DNA of 64,000 nt from Octopus vulgaris (Eukaryota), in contig OX597830.1 in NCBI GenBank assembly GCA_951406725.2, positions 8,122,001 through 8,186,000 of the forward strand, given 5' to 3'. This document shows positions 15,750 to 27,915 of the stretch, one piece after another. The translations under genes were made by a program, and so were the position numbers. The notes below the pieces were generated by a model. The model searched no databases, was not told where the DNA came from, and saw only the letters and a list, made by a program, of their open reading frames with translations. Every line of letters begins with the position of its first letter. Within the stretch, counting starts at the first letter, position 1.

Positions 15750-16030
15750 GGTGCGTGGCTTAATGGTTAGGGCTTTCAACTCACAATCGTAAGGTCGTGA
15801 GTTCAATTCCCGGCGATGCGTTGTGTTGTTGAGCAAGACACTTTATTTCACGTTGCTCCAGTCCACTCAGATGGCAAAAATGAGTGGCACCTGTATTTCA
15901 CTCTCTGTATCATGTTGAATCTCCCTGAAAACTACGTTAATGGGTACACGTGTCTGTGGAGTACTCAGCCACTTGCACGTTAATTACACGAGCAAGCTGT
16001 TCCGTTGATCGGATCAACTGGGACCCTCGT
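15750..16030 (+). mobile_element. tRNA-derived SINE, family B
   Basis: Head GGTGCGTGGCTTAATGGTTAGGG...GAGTTCAATTCCCGG. Related copies are at about 33875-34220 (-) and 43780-44162 (-). Confidence 0.75.
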
Positions 16031-16304
16031 CGTCGCAACCGACGGAGTGCTTCTTTTACATACATATATACCTATAAACGCGGAGTAGATAAAACAAGGA
16101 ATAACTTATGAAGGGAATGTTCTTTATGTTGAATGTCTCGTTTCTCTGCTGGTTTGGCGTTTTTTATCGTTATTCGAAAAAAAGTTCGTTTTCTATTATT
16201 TTGTTTTTTAAAATTCTCGTTTCTCATTCTGTCCACGTTTTTTTTAATGTCCTGTACCCATATATACATATATATATACATATATATGTATGTATATGTG
16301 TATA

Positions 16305-16364
<60 letters not shown>

Positions 16365-16366
<2 letters not shown>

Positions 16367-16600
16367 TAAAAACGGTAAGATAACAAAAGAAAGAAAGAGA
16401 CCTCAATATTATGTAAATAGAGGAAATTTATCTATAAAATAATATGTTACATTACTCAATAGTCAAGATAAAACTCTGAGTTTCAGATGCCGAAGTGGGA
16501 ATCCACAACACCATCTCTTCGGTTATCTGGATTTCCACTTCGGCATCTGAAACTCGGAGTTTTATCTTGACTACTGAGTAATGTAACATATTATTTTATA
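16365..16600. mobile_element. Hammerhead-bearing foldback element inserted in (TA)n (copy 1)
   Basis: Inverted arms at about 16433-16505 and 16528-16600. Minus strand 16466-16528 reads AGAUAA-CCGAAGA-GAUG...CAUCU-GAAAC UCAGA GUU-UUAUCU. Same family as 58465-58700. Confidence 0.7.
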
Positions 16601-16619
16601 TATATATATATATATATAT

Positions 16620-16850
16620 ATTTCTTTAGTGCCCACAAGGGGCTAAACATAGAGGGGACGAACAAGGACAGACAAACGGATTAAATCGATTACATCGACC
16701 CTAGTGATTAACTGGTACTTAATTTATCGACCCCGAAAGGATGTAAGGCAAAGTCGACCTCAGCGGAATTTGAACTCAGAACGTAACGGCAGACGAAATA
16801 CGGCTACACATTTCGAACGGCGTGCTAACGTTTCTGCCAGCTCGCCGCCT
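16620..16850 (-). mobile_element. tRNA-derived SINE, family C (GCCTTTCATCCTTTCGGGGTCGATAAA central domain)
   Basis: Reverse complement of the family seen at 50008-50240, and the most abundant repeat in the window. Confidence 0.75.
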
Positions 16851-17022
16851 TCATATATATGTGTGTATATATGTATGTATGTAGTTTATGTCCAGTTAAA
16901 AGAAGAAAAGAAATAGAAGTAAGGAAGTTAGCAATTATCTATAAGCAACAAATTGGTCATCTTCACTTCCTACGGCCGTTTCAATTAATACTCAATAATT
17001 ATATTACTATATGATTAATATA

Positions 17023-17416
17023 GGCGTAGGAGTGGCTGTGTGGTAAGTAGCTTGCTTACGAACCACATGGTTCCGGGTTCAGTCCCACTGCGTGGCACCT
17101 TGGGTAAGTGTCTTCTATTATAGCTTCGGGCCGACCAAAGCCTTGTGAGTGGATTTGGTAGACGGAAACTGAAAGAAGCCCGTCGTATATATGTATATAT
17201 ATATTTGTATGTGCGTGTTTGTGTGTCTGTGTTCGTCCCCCCAACATCGCTTGACAACCGATGCTGGTGTGTTTACGTCCCCGTAACTTCGCGGTTCGGC
17301 AAAAAAAAAGACCGATAAAATAAGTACTAGGCTTACAAAGAATAAGTCCTGGGGTCGGCCAAAAAGGCGGTGCTCCAGCATGGCCACAGTCACATGACTG
17401 AAACAAGTAAAAGAGT
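17023..17416 (+). mobile_element. Full-length tRNA-derived SINE, family A
   Basis: GGCGTAGGAGTGGCTGTGTGGTAAG head, CACCTTGGGTAAGTGTCTT centre, internal microsatellite and GAAACAAGTAAAAGAG tail. Confidence 0.8.
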
Positions 17417-17535
17417 ATATGCCTATTGTTTCTGGGGGAATTTCATTCCCCAAAATTAGGTATTGAACCATCCCTTCAAGAGGTTAACATATCCGCTTAT
17501 TAAATTATATATATATATATAGACAGACAGATAGC

Positions 17536-17603
<68 letters not shown>

Positions 17604-17607
17604 TAGA

Positions 17608-17643
<36 letters not shown>

Positions 17644-17749
17644 GAGCTAGATAGATAGATAGATAGGCAGAGGGTGTACGAGAGAGGGAGAGACAGAGAA
17701 AAGACAAACATACAACTCCTCTACAACTCTCATAAAGATAATCTTTTTG

Positions 17750-17960
17750 ACTCCACTGGCAATACATCAATTACCGTTACATAATACAGGAGGGTTTTCT
17801 GCCGCACCTTGTATTTTCCTGCAGTACCTTGTACTTAAAACACATCATAGTGCGTTAATAGCCTAAAATCATTTCTTCAGCTCTGAGTAGAATCAGTATC
17901 CACTATTTTCGCTTCATAAGACTTCTCGTTCAAAGCGCACGAAATTTCCAAGAACCTAAT
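17750..17960 (-). pseudogene. Decayed N-terminal fragment resembling KRBA2/Ginger2-type integrase proteins
   Basis: One minus frame reads DFRLLTHYDVF*VQGT...TLLYYV, similar to the DYR...YDV..VQGT...YYV motif I recall from KRBA2-like proteins. It contains stops. Confidence 0.35.
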
Positions 17961-20347
17961 AAATTATCTAAGGGAAGTTACTCTTGTTTATTATTCTCTT
18001 GTTCTCTCCCCTTCTAACCAACACTATATCGTTTTCACTTACTGCCCTGCTGTTCCTCGCGGGGCAATTGCTATTATTAGGAGGAAGGACAAGACTCATA
18101 TGTTTAGGGGACGTTTTGCACGTTGGTGTAATGGTAGGTTGGCACTCCGGGAGAAACTTGGTTTTGTCACGAGAAAACCAGTAAGTGGGCAAGGGAGTTG
18201 CTAGAAGTAGCAGCCAGCTTAGCCGCCAGTCATACATACTGCCAATCAGAAACAGTAGCCAAATCTTCCTCAAATCACACACTACCAAATTAGACATAAC
18301 AGCCAAATCTCCTTCAGATCAGATCTTACTGTAGAGAAATAGCAGCCAAATCTTTCGTACACCCCAGTGTTTGATTTAATAAAAGGAACGAACATTGAGT
18401 GGTGTAGTCTGGGATAAACTGTGTCTGAAATTATTAAATGTTTGTTGCTGGATCATGCGTGACCTAGGGCTAAAAAATAACAGCAACAATACCAACATGA
18501 ACAAGAAGCATACCATCTATAATAATCCTTTCTACTCTAGGCACAAGGCCTGAAATTTGAGGGAGGGGGTAAGTCGATTACATCGACCCCAGTGTATAAC
18601 TGGTACTTAATTTATCGACCCCGTAAGGATGAAAGGCAAAATCGACCTCACTGGGGTCGATGCAGGCCTTGTGTCTACAATAGAAAGGATTGTTATTATT
18701 ATGAAGCTGTTGATGGTGATAAAGTAGTAGTTAATACCATGCAGCTTTTCCAAGTAGGAACATGTAGCCCACATGACAACAAGCTGCTACATGTGGCATA
18801 ACATTGTTAGTTTTACTGTAGAACAAACCCCTTCCCACCTTCTCACCCCTCCATCATCTACCTTATTATTCATGTCTCCTCCTCATGTGACCACCCCCGC
18901 CAACGATTTCCTGTTTATATAACCAAAAAAAAAAGTTTCATTTTGTACCATCTCTTCTGACATTACACAGTCTATCTTGGACTACATTATGTCATGTGTC
19001 CTTATTGGCTAGTACTTATTCTATCGCTCCCTTTTGCCGAACCGCTACGTTACGTGGATGTAAACACACCAGCATCGGTTGTCAAGCGAAGTTGGGGGGA
19101 CAAACACACACGTACATATACATATATACACATATATACGACGGGCTTCTTTCAGTTTCCGTCTACCAAATCCGCCCAGAAGGCTTTGGTCGGCCCGAGG
19201 CTATAGTAGAAGATACTTGCCCAAGGTGCCACACAGTGGGACTAAACCTGAGTGTAAACATGTGGTTGGTAAGCAAGCTACTTACCACACAGCCACTCCT
19301 GCGCCTATGAATTTTCTACGAATATGTGTTATATCATGTAGATTCCGAATATACAAAATTTGGGAGGGGGAGTGTTTTAGGAGGGGTGAAGGTGGGGGAT
19401 TTCGGAAATTTCACCGGAGTCCAATTCAATTCGTGTTAGCTTTCAAGAAAATGGATATTTTTTAATAAAATTCTCTACAAGTATACCTCGGATTATGTAG
19501 ATTCCGAGGATATAGGAATTTGGGAGCTGTTCCCCATCTGCGGGTGTTTCTGAACCAAGTCATCCATATTTGTTACATTTTCTCCGTTTTGTGCGTTTGT
19601 GCATCCATAGAATTCTACCACCCACGCCCATACACCAAACGCGCGTACATGTTTACCACTTTAGAGACATCAGATCTTATAACTATGCCTTTGATGGTCA
19701 CGACCTGTTGTGTTGTCGCTAAAGTGTCAAAGATTTTGATAAACTTGTCTACAGAAAGGGTGTAAAGAATTCTTATTTCAATAATTTATTCGCCCCACGT
19801 TGGGGAATCACGGTACTAGATTAAAGCAGTCCAGATATGACCATCCCATTTTGTATTCAGACATTAGTGTATCTAAGAAGACATTACTGTATTGTGTATT
19901 ATTGTTTAGCCCTAGGCCAGACCTGACCATACCAGCAGACATAGGTGTTCCAAATATGATCATCCCATCTTTTATCCAGGCATAGTCAATCTAAGACTAC
20001 AATATCTAATGCGTCCTTCTTTGCTACTGTATAACCCCAGGTCAATCTTTATCCATAGATCTAGATGTTCCATATGTGACCAACTCATCTTTTATTCAGA
20101 CTTTACACAGTGTATCTAGCACTATATTATCTTTAACCCTAGGTCAGTCCTGATCCAGAAGACCTAGGTGTTCCAGATATGACCATCTCATCTTTTATTC
20201 ATAGTGTATCTAGGATTACATTAATCTCATGTGTCCATCCTTGTTGCTGTTTAACCCCAGATCAGTCTTGTTCCAGATGTGACCATCCCGCCTCCACCCT
20301 CTCCATTGTGTTGGCTGAAAATCTTTTGGTCTTTTGTTTGGAAACAG

Positions 20348-20480
20348 GTTTATTGGAACAAAGATGGTTTCTTGAAGCTGAAGTTGGCAGACTTTGGTTT
20401 GGCTATGGAAATAACAGAAGACATTTATACGGTGTGTGGCACACCGACATATGTGGCACCAGAGATCCTAACACAAGAAG
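20348..20480 (+). pseudogene. Duplicated DCLK3-like kinase exon (DFG...APE) in the inverted arm
   Basis: Nucleotide-identical by eye to 45635-45767, with cag/gt splice sites kept. No upstream DCLK3 exons are present in this arm. Confidence 0.85.
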
Positions 20481-21380
20481 GTCAGTAATGCCCTTATATG
20501 GGATGAGGGTGGGGGTGGGGACGACAGGGTGGAATTGTTGTTTGCATTTAATACACACTGATGTGACACATGCTTAACAATTTACAAATACGAGTGTGTG
20601 TGTGTGTGAGCACACATTTACACACAGGCATGTGTTTATACATACATGCACACACAAAGTATGTATTTATACAAATATATACATCTACTTAAACACACAC
20701 ATACATCTATTTATACACAAACACATGCAGGCGTGTGTTTATACATATATACACATACATCTGTTTATAGATACAGAAGATATTTAGAGGAGCTGATGAA
20801 TAAAATATGATAAAAAGGAAAATTATATGCGCACACACATATGTATATGTGTATGCATATATATATATATATATGTATATACGTTCCACATTACACACAG
20901 CCTTGTCACACTGTGTCATGCTGAATCTCCCCAAGAACTACATTAAGAGTACACGTGTCTGTGGAGTGCTCAGCCACTTACATGCTAATTTCACAAGCAG
21001 GCTGTTCTGTTGATCGGATCAACTGGAACCCTCGTGGTCGTAACCAATGGAGTGCCACGACTGGTGAGGCTGATTGAGTTCCAGTGGGTGGCAGGATTGG
21101 GGAGAAAGGATTGGCTACATTAACGCATGGTTCCAGAAACAATACACAATAGATGGAAAGAGGCTTGAAACATCCGGCAAGTTTGGACAAGGGTGATGGA
21201 GAAGCTGTGGTAGTAACAGGAAGTGGAGGGGACACAGGGAGTATTGTAGTTTGTTGGTGGAACGAACAATGTGTGGACAATAGCATGTGTGTGTGTGTGT
21301 GTGAGAGAGAGAGGCTGTTCCTTCCTCAGACAGGTGAAAAGGGTTCTAAAAATGAATGGTTTCTCTTTGATCATTTGCAG

Positions 21381-21595
21381 ATGCTAAAGGTCTCATTCGA
21401 CATCTTCTAGTGGTCGACCGAAGACGGCGTTACACAGCTGTTGACGTACTCTGTCATCCGTGGATCCTTTGTGGTGGCAACATTACATGGATTCTCCATG
21501 GACAGGAGTTGGCCAACAACCAGAAAAGACTCCGTGAAAAGTTGAGCAGTGATGGAAGAAAATATTTGAATAATTTCAAAAGACAAAAAATATGA
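21381..21595 (+). pseudogene. Duplicated terminal DCLK3-like exon in the inverted arm
   Basis: Matches 43258-43472 except for a K-to-R change near the stop. The ttgcag acceptor is retained. Confidence 0.85.
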
Positions 21596-23138
21596 AAAAC
21601 AAAATAACCAAAATAACAAAAAAAAAACATTTTTGTCTTGTGTTTTTCTTTTAATATTTGATATGATCCAAGATGGCAAGCTAGCAGAATCGGTATGGCA
21701 CCGAGCGACATGCTCCGTGGCATTTCATCTGTTTTTTCATTTTGAGTTCAAATTCTGCCACAGTTGACTTTGCCTTTCACCTTTTCAGGGTTCATGAAAT
21801 AAATACCCATACAGCACTGACCTCCACCCCTGAAATTACTGGCCTTGTGACAGAATTTGAAACCATTATTATTATTATTATTAATGGTGGCAAGCTGGCA
21901 GAATCGTTAGCATGTTGGATAAAACGCTTAGCGGTATTTCGCCCATTGCTACATTTTGAGTTCAAATTCTGGGTTTGAACTCAGGATGTATAAGGCTACA
22001 ACAACATTCAGCAACTTATTTAGTTCTACCCTCTACCAACGTCTAACAATCTATTACTACTACTACTAATAATAATAATAAATGGTTTCTGGTTTAGTCA
22101 CAGAGACAACAATTTCAAAAGGAGGGATTTAGTTGATTCCGTTGACCCCAGTATATGACTGGTACTTCATTCTATCAACTCTAAAAAGTGAGGTTAATCG
22201 TGATGGGATTTGAATTCAGAATGTAAAACGTAGGAACAAATACCACAAGGTATATATTTCTGATGCTCAAACAATTCTGCCAGCTCATAATAATAATAGT
22301 AATAATCATAATCCTTTCTCATTTTAGCACAAGCCAGCAATTTTTATGGTTGGAGAAGTTGATTACATTGACCCCCCCACCTCCAGTACTCAACTTGTAC
22401 GTATCTTATTGACCCTTATTGAATGAGAGGTAAAGTCGACCTCAGCAGCATTTCAGCTCAGAACATAATCAGGTATGACCAAAAGCAAAATGGTGCCAAC
22501 CATTCTGTCTAGTACAGTAAGAATTCTGCTAGCTTGCCATTATTTTAATACCATTTTATTCTTCCATGTTTCCATGGATTGGACAGATGTTCTACAACAC
22601 AACCCTTCACCATTTGAAGTTCAACCACCTTGAGGGATACCTTTTTTTTCCACTTCTTTCCTGGTCCCTCTCCATGTCCCTCTCTTGCAGATTTCATCTG
22701 TTTAAATCACGTAGCTTTTCTTTTACCAAACAACCATGCTAAATGCTTAGAGGTATTTCTCCCTTTGATTCAGGGATGTATGCAGCCCCATCTCCTCCCC
22801 TAAGCACTACATCCGACATCACCCATTCCTAGTTTTTCTCTTTCAGCTCGTTTCAATATCACAGAGAAAATATAATAAAAAAATAAATTCATTTTATCAA
22901 ATCTATTAACAAAAATAATTCTATCCATTTCACAAAAAATGTCAAACTGTGAGTGTAAAAGATTTTCATTTCTTTTGTTTGGTGAAGAGATACATTTTAT
23001 GAGGTTGCACAAATCTGTATTTTAAATTAAAAAACAAAAATTGCCCTGAAAATCCTGTGAAAACAAACCCCTGTACCCAATCCCTTATTTGTAAGGACAA
23101 TTAAAATTCATACCATTATATTTATCATTCTTTAAATT

Positions 23139-23326
23139 CTATAAACGACTCGTGAGGCACTCTGCATGCCCTACTAGGGATAGTGGAACAGTTCGATAAA
23201 TCCATCTCTCTTTCGGATCAAGATGATTCAGAAAATTACCAGACGAACGGATCTCATCCCTGGTGAAAGGTAAAAACAATTCTTCATACTCTTCTTCGTT
23301 TGGCTTCTCAGGGTAGAGGTAGTCAC
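23139..23326 (-). CDS. NUDT19: NUDT19-like acyl-CoA diphosphatase, exon 3 (terminal, ends SRL-stop)
   Basis: ttgcag acceptor at 23327-23329. The phase-1 join gives LP-GDYLYP, the conserved NUDT19 LPGDxLY motif. The C-terminal SRL is a canonical PTS1. Confidence 0.85.
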
Positions 23327-24889
23327 CTGCAAGAATAAATTGTAACTGAAGACCTGAGTTCAAACACAACTAAAGTTTAGCTGGACTTCACCTTTTTTTG
23401 TTTTTTAATTAGTGACACCAGTTTTAAAGAAAGTGTTATTTTAAAACAAGAAATTGTTGCAGTGAAATATTGCAATTATTTTGATGTTGTGCAGTGGTAC
23501 TGCAAAGAGATCATTGCAGTCTAGGGTATACAGGTTCAATCCTAGGGCATGATAGTGAAGACAGGATAATCATCTTATTAAAGTTGTCTAAATTCTAATG
23601 AAAGCCGTCAGTAGTCTGTGAGACAACCAGTCCCTGTGTCTGTGTGTATAGATCATCATCATCATCATCATCATCATTTAACGTCCATTGTTCATGCTGG
23701 CATGGGTTGGACGGTTTGACCAGGGGTGGCAAGCTGGAAGGCTGCACTAGTCCCCAGTCTGCTTTGACCTGGTTCCTACAGCTGGATGCCCTTTCTAGTG
23801 CCAACAACTCTGAGAGTGTAATGGGTGCTTTTATGCGCCACTGGCACAGGTGCCATTTGCTTGACACCAGTATCTGCCACATCTGTGATTTTGCTCAGCT
23901 GGATGGGTCTTCTTCCCATTGATGACATAATGCCAAAGGTCTCGGTCATTGCCTCCATGACTTTCAACAATCGAAAGGATCTTTTCATGTGACCCTAGTA
24001 CCATCCACTTTGCCTCTGTGAGGTGCAATCCTCAAAAGGTGCTTTTTATGTGCTACTGGCATGGGTGCCAGTTATGTGACACCAGCACCAGGCATGACTA
24101 CGATTTCACTTGGCATCCGTTTTCCATGCTGGCATGGATCAGACGGTCTGATAGGAATCTTGCAGTCTGGGTCACATCAAGTACATTCATATGTAAAGTG
24201 GTGTCTCGCTAAAGATCTTGATTCTGGAGCAGTCATGTTGTTACTTGCCCACTTCATTTAGGGAATATATACGTATTTTACACTACGTAACACTGCGCAA
24301 TTCCTGAAGTAGATCCAAAGGAAATGTACCCCAACTATGGATAACATCAGGTAGCCCAAACTGTAGCAGTGCTTTACTCAACACATCAGCATAGTACCTC
24401 TGGATCATTGGGCGACATGCTGTGCTTGAGTCAAGTACATCAACCTATTTAGTCAAGTACATCAATATCAAAATCAAATCAAACCACAATCAAATGGAAA
24501 TTGTAGTCGTGGCTGATGCCAGCACCAACTGACTGGCTCCTCGTGTCAGTGGCACATAAAAAGCACCATCCGAATGTGGCCAATGCAAGCACCACCTTGA
24601 CTGACTCCCGTGCTGGTGGCACGTAAAAAGCAACCACTACACTCTCGGAGTGGTTGGCATTAGGAAGGGCATCCAGCTGTAGAAACACTGCCAGATCAGA
24701 CTGGAGCCTGGTACAGCCTCCTGGCTTCCCAGACCCCAGTTGAACCGTCCAAACCATGCCAGCATGGAAAACGGACGTTAAACGATGATGATGATAATAT
24801 ATATCTACACATTTTTTACATGTATATATATTTTTTATACATTAAAATCTAAGGTTTTATCTATTTATTTGAATCATTCTCTCCGTCTC

Positions 24890-24950
<61 letters not shown>

Positions 24951-25689
24951 ATATGCATATATATATAATTAATAAAAAATGGAGAAAAAAGACAAGAAAC
25001 AAACAATACGAAGACATGGTAGATGCAAAGAATTAATAAGACACTCAGGGAAGGAAAGAAATGGTGTTTATGTTTCGAGCAAAACTCTTCTTCGGAAAGA
25101 GGAGACGGAGGAAAGCCCAAGAGAAAAGAAAGACAGAGGAAATTAATCACCAGCAATCCACATGTAGCTACATTTTGGAATATATATATATATGTGTGTA
25201 TATATATAAATAAGCATGTATAAAGTATAAGTGTATGTATAAAACATTGTATATATAAGAGGTAAGTTACAGCGTTTAGACAGTACAATCTTCTTTCATC
25301 CAAGCAAGATATTTAATCACAGACAGAGCATAATGACTCAGCAAATAGTTCTTAATTACTAATTAAGTTTCATCAATTCATTTTCACCGTAATAATAATA
25401 ATTATTACATATAAAACAATTCGTCTAGTAAAACAGACACAACCTAATTAGGAATTAAGGTCTTTTATTATGACATTAAATACGATAGCCATTGACGGTC
25501 ATTTACGTATACACACACACAAACACATACACCAGGGAGCTCAGAATCATCGTTGCTATCACGAAAGAACAGCATTGACGGTTTGACACATTCAAAGACA
25601 GTGATGTAAAGGGAATAACTCTATAGAACTAACATTGTCGGTCCATTTGAAATGACCAACAGCAGGTCACAGACATACACATATATATA

Positions 25690-26257
25690 TTGGGTTGTCC
25701 GGAAAGTTTGTGCTGATTTATAGTAGCTTACCTTTCGACTTATTTTAGAACATGGTTGAGTCCATAAAATAGGATTTGACTACACCTCCATTTAGAGCAC
25801 AGTTTAAGCTATCTTTTCACGGAAGAAGATTTATGTTCCTATTACCTGTGTTAATTATGTAACCCTTTAAAATGAAAGATAAGAAAGTTCATTTTCGGCA
25901 CTTGATACTTTAGGAAACAGACAAAAATTGCTGCAGCTCGGCTGGGATGTGTTACCCCACCCTCCATATTCACCAAATATTGCTCCTTTGGATTTCCACT
26001 TATTCAGGTCTCTGCAGAATAGTCTTAATGGTAAAAATTTCACTTCCTTGAATGACGTAAAAAAAGATACCTTGATGAATTCTTTGCCATGAAACTACAT
26101 CAATTCTGGGAAGAGGGTATTTTCAAGTTAAAGGAAAGATGGAGACGCATTGTGCAACAAAATGGTTCATATTTGGTTGATTAAAAATGTAATGGCAAGT
26201 ATTTATTGACTTTTTTCTTTCCTTTAAAAATCGGCATGAACTTTCCGGACAACCTAA
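25690..26257 (+). mobile_element. Internally deleted mariner element
   Basis: TIRs TTGGGTTGTCCGGAAAGTT and AACTTTCCGGACAACCTAA flanked by TA. Retains the MKDKKVHFRH start and GWDVLPHPPYSPNIAPLDFHLF. Confidence 0.85.
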
Positions 26258-26321
26258 TACATATGAATAAATGTAAGGACGCGAGCTAGGCAAGTCGATA
26301 TAAAAAAAATGTACATATGTA

Positions 26322-26551
26322 TTGATTAGTGCATAATTATTGCAGCTTTTTTTCAACAAAAACAATAATATTTAACAAAAAATCTTTAAATGATGGTCTG
26401 ACCGTCTGCCAAGCAAATGGGAAGCAGTAATTGAAGTAGATGGTGAATATGCTCCGGAATAATCCTTTAAAGATGTTTTTGTTACATTGCTGTTATTGTT
26501 TTTGTGGAATAAAATGTTGAAAAAAACCGCAATAATTATGTACCATCCCAA
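26322..26551 (+). mobile_element. Short mariner-derived MITE
   Basis: Imperfect TIRs (TTGATTAGTGCATAATTATTGC and GCAATAATTATGTACCATCCCAA) and a transposase C-terminus DRLPSKWEAVIEVDGEY. Confidence 0.65.
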
Positions 26552-27065
26552 TACATATATATACATAAAAGCCCGGTTTACATAGAATAGAAATGATATG
26601 AGGGAGTAAAGAAGTTGAATAAGAGTTTCACAAATCAAATAGCTGTTTCTGGGGTTTTGGTGATCCAAAATAATGATTGTAAATTGATTTCATCATCGGA
26701 TAATACCAGCCTCCATCTTCAGGGAAGAATTTTACATTTGAGACATTGACAAAATGTATTTTAAAGATGGAATGATTTTGGACAACCAAGCCCCAAGAAA
26801 CAGCTGTTGGGCTCATAAAACTCTTACTCAACCCCTTTAAATCTGGATATCATTGCTATTCTGTGTGAGTCGGACTTCTTTTATATGTATATATATGTAC
26901 ATTTTTTGTATTAAATGCGTTTAATATTCTGTGTAAATCGACTTACCTAACTTGCTTGTCCTTACATTTCCTCCTCTACATAGTCAAGTTCAAATCTCTT
27001 AAGCATTACAAAGTGTATTCAGTACCGAGAATACCTGTCTAATCTATCTCTCTCTCTCTCTCTCA

Positions 27066-27105
<40 letters not shown>

Positions 27106-27110
<5 letters not shown>

Positions 27111-27833
27111 AAGAGATTAAACTATGAGAGTAAGAAACACAGGTGTCTTGGTATAAGGGAGATACATGACTACCTGTGTTTTAGAAGATAAGATGGGAGC
27201 CAGAGCCAGCCCTCAAGGGGTACATGTGGTGGAATTAATTAGCTCTGTGCAAAAAAATGCTGCAATATTTTCAGTGGGTTGCACTCACCCCACACAATTG
27301 CTGACCTTGTGCTAAAATTTGAAACCAATGTTTTAAGGGTCATAGCACAACCTGTCACTGGTGCAGGAATATTCCATGTCAATACCGTTTTGCTTGGCTG
27401 TAGTAAAGGTCTGCTGTAGACATTGTTATATAATCTGTCATCAGCTTTAGAAGATGTTTGTAAAACTCTTATTCATAATCACCCATGGGTGTGTGGTGAA
27501 GAAGCTCTCTTCCCAGCCATGTGGTTCCGGGTTTAGTCCCACTGTGTTGCACCTTGGGCGAGGGTCTTCAACAATATATATATATGGAGGCGCATGGCTT
27601 AGTGGTTAGGGTGTCAGCACTATGATTGTTAGATTGTGGTTTCAGTTCCTGGACTGGGTGACATGTTGTGTTCTTGAGCAAAACACTTCATTTCACATTG
27701 CTCCAGTCCACTCAGCTGGCAAAAATGAGTAACGCTGCGATGGACTGGCGTCCAGGCCAGCTGGGGGACACATACGCCATAGAAACCAGGAAACCGGGCC
27801 CATGAGCCTGGCTAGGCTTTAAAAGGGCACATT

Positions 27834-27915
<82 letters not shown>

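Larger units (their letters stand above)
18649..25670. repeat. Left arm of a large inverted segmental duplication (partner 35385-46772)
   Basis: Collinear reverse-complement blocks: 18649-18920/46500-46772, 19820-20570/45550-46305, 20900-21870/42980-43940, 21977-23090/40975-42113, 23341-24146/40160-40970, 24160-24395/39188-39423 and 24790-25390/35460-36070. Confidence 0.93.

Noticed and set aside
15750-15822. tRNA-like sequences (also at 17023, 27586, 50008 and 52470)
   Set aside because: These are SINE heads with A/B boxes but no proper acceptor stem or cloverleaf, and they continue into repeat bodies.
20348-21595. A second functional DCLK3 paralogue on the plus strand
   Set aside because: It lacks the DCX, ATP-binding and HRD exons and the subdomain IX exon, and no upstream start is visible.
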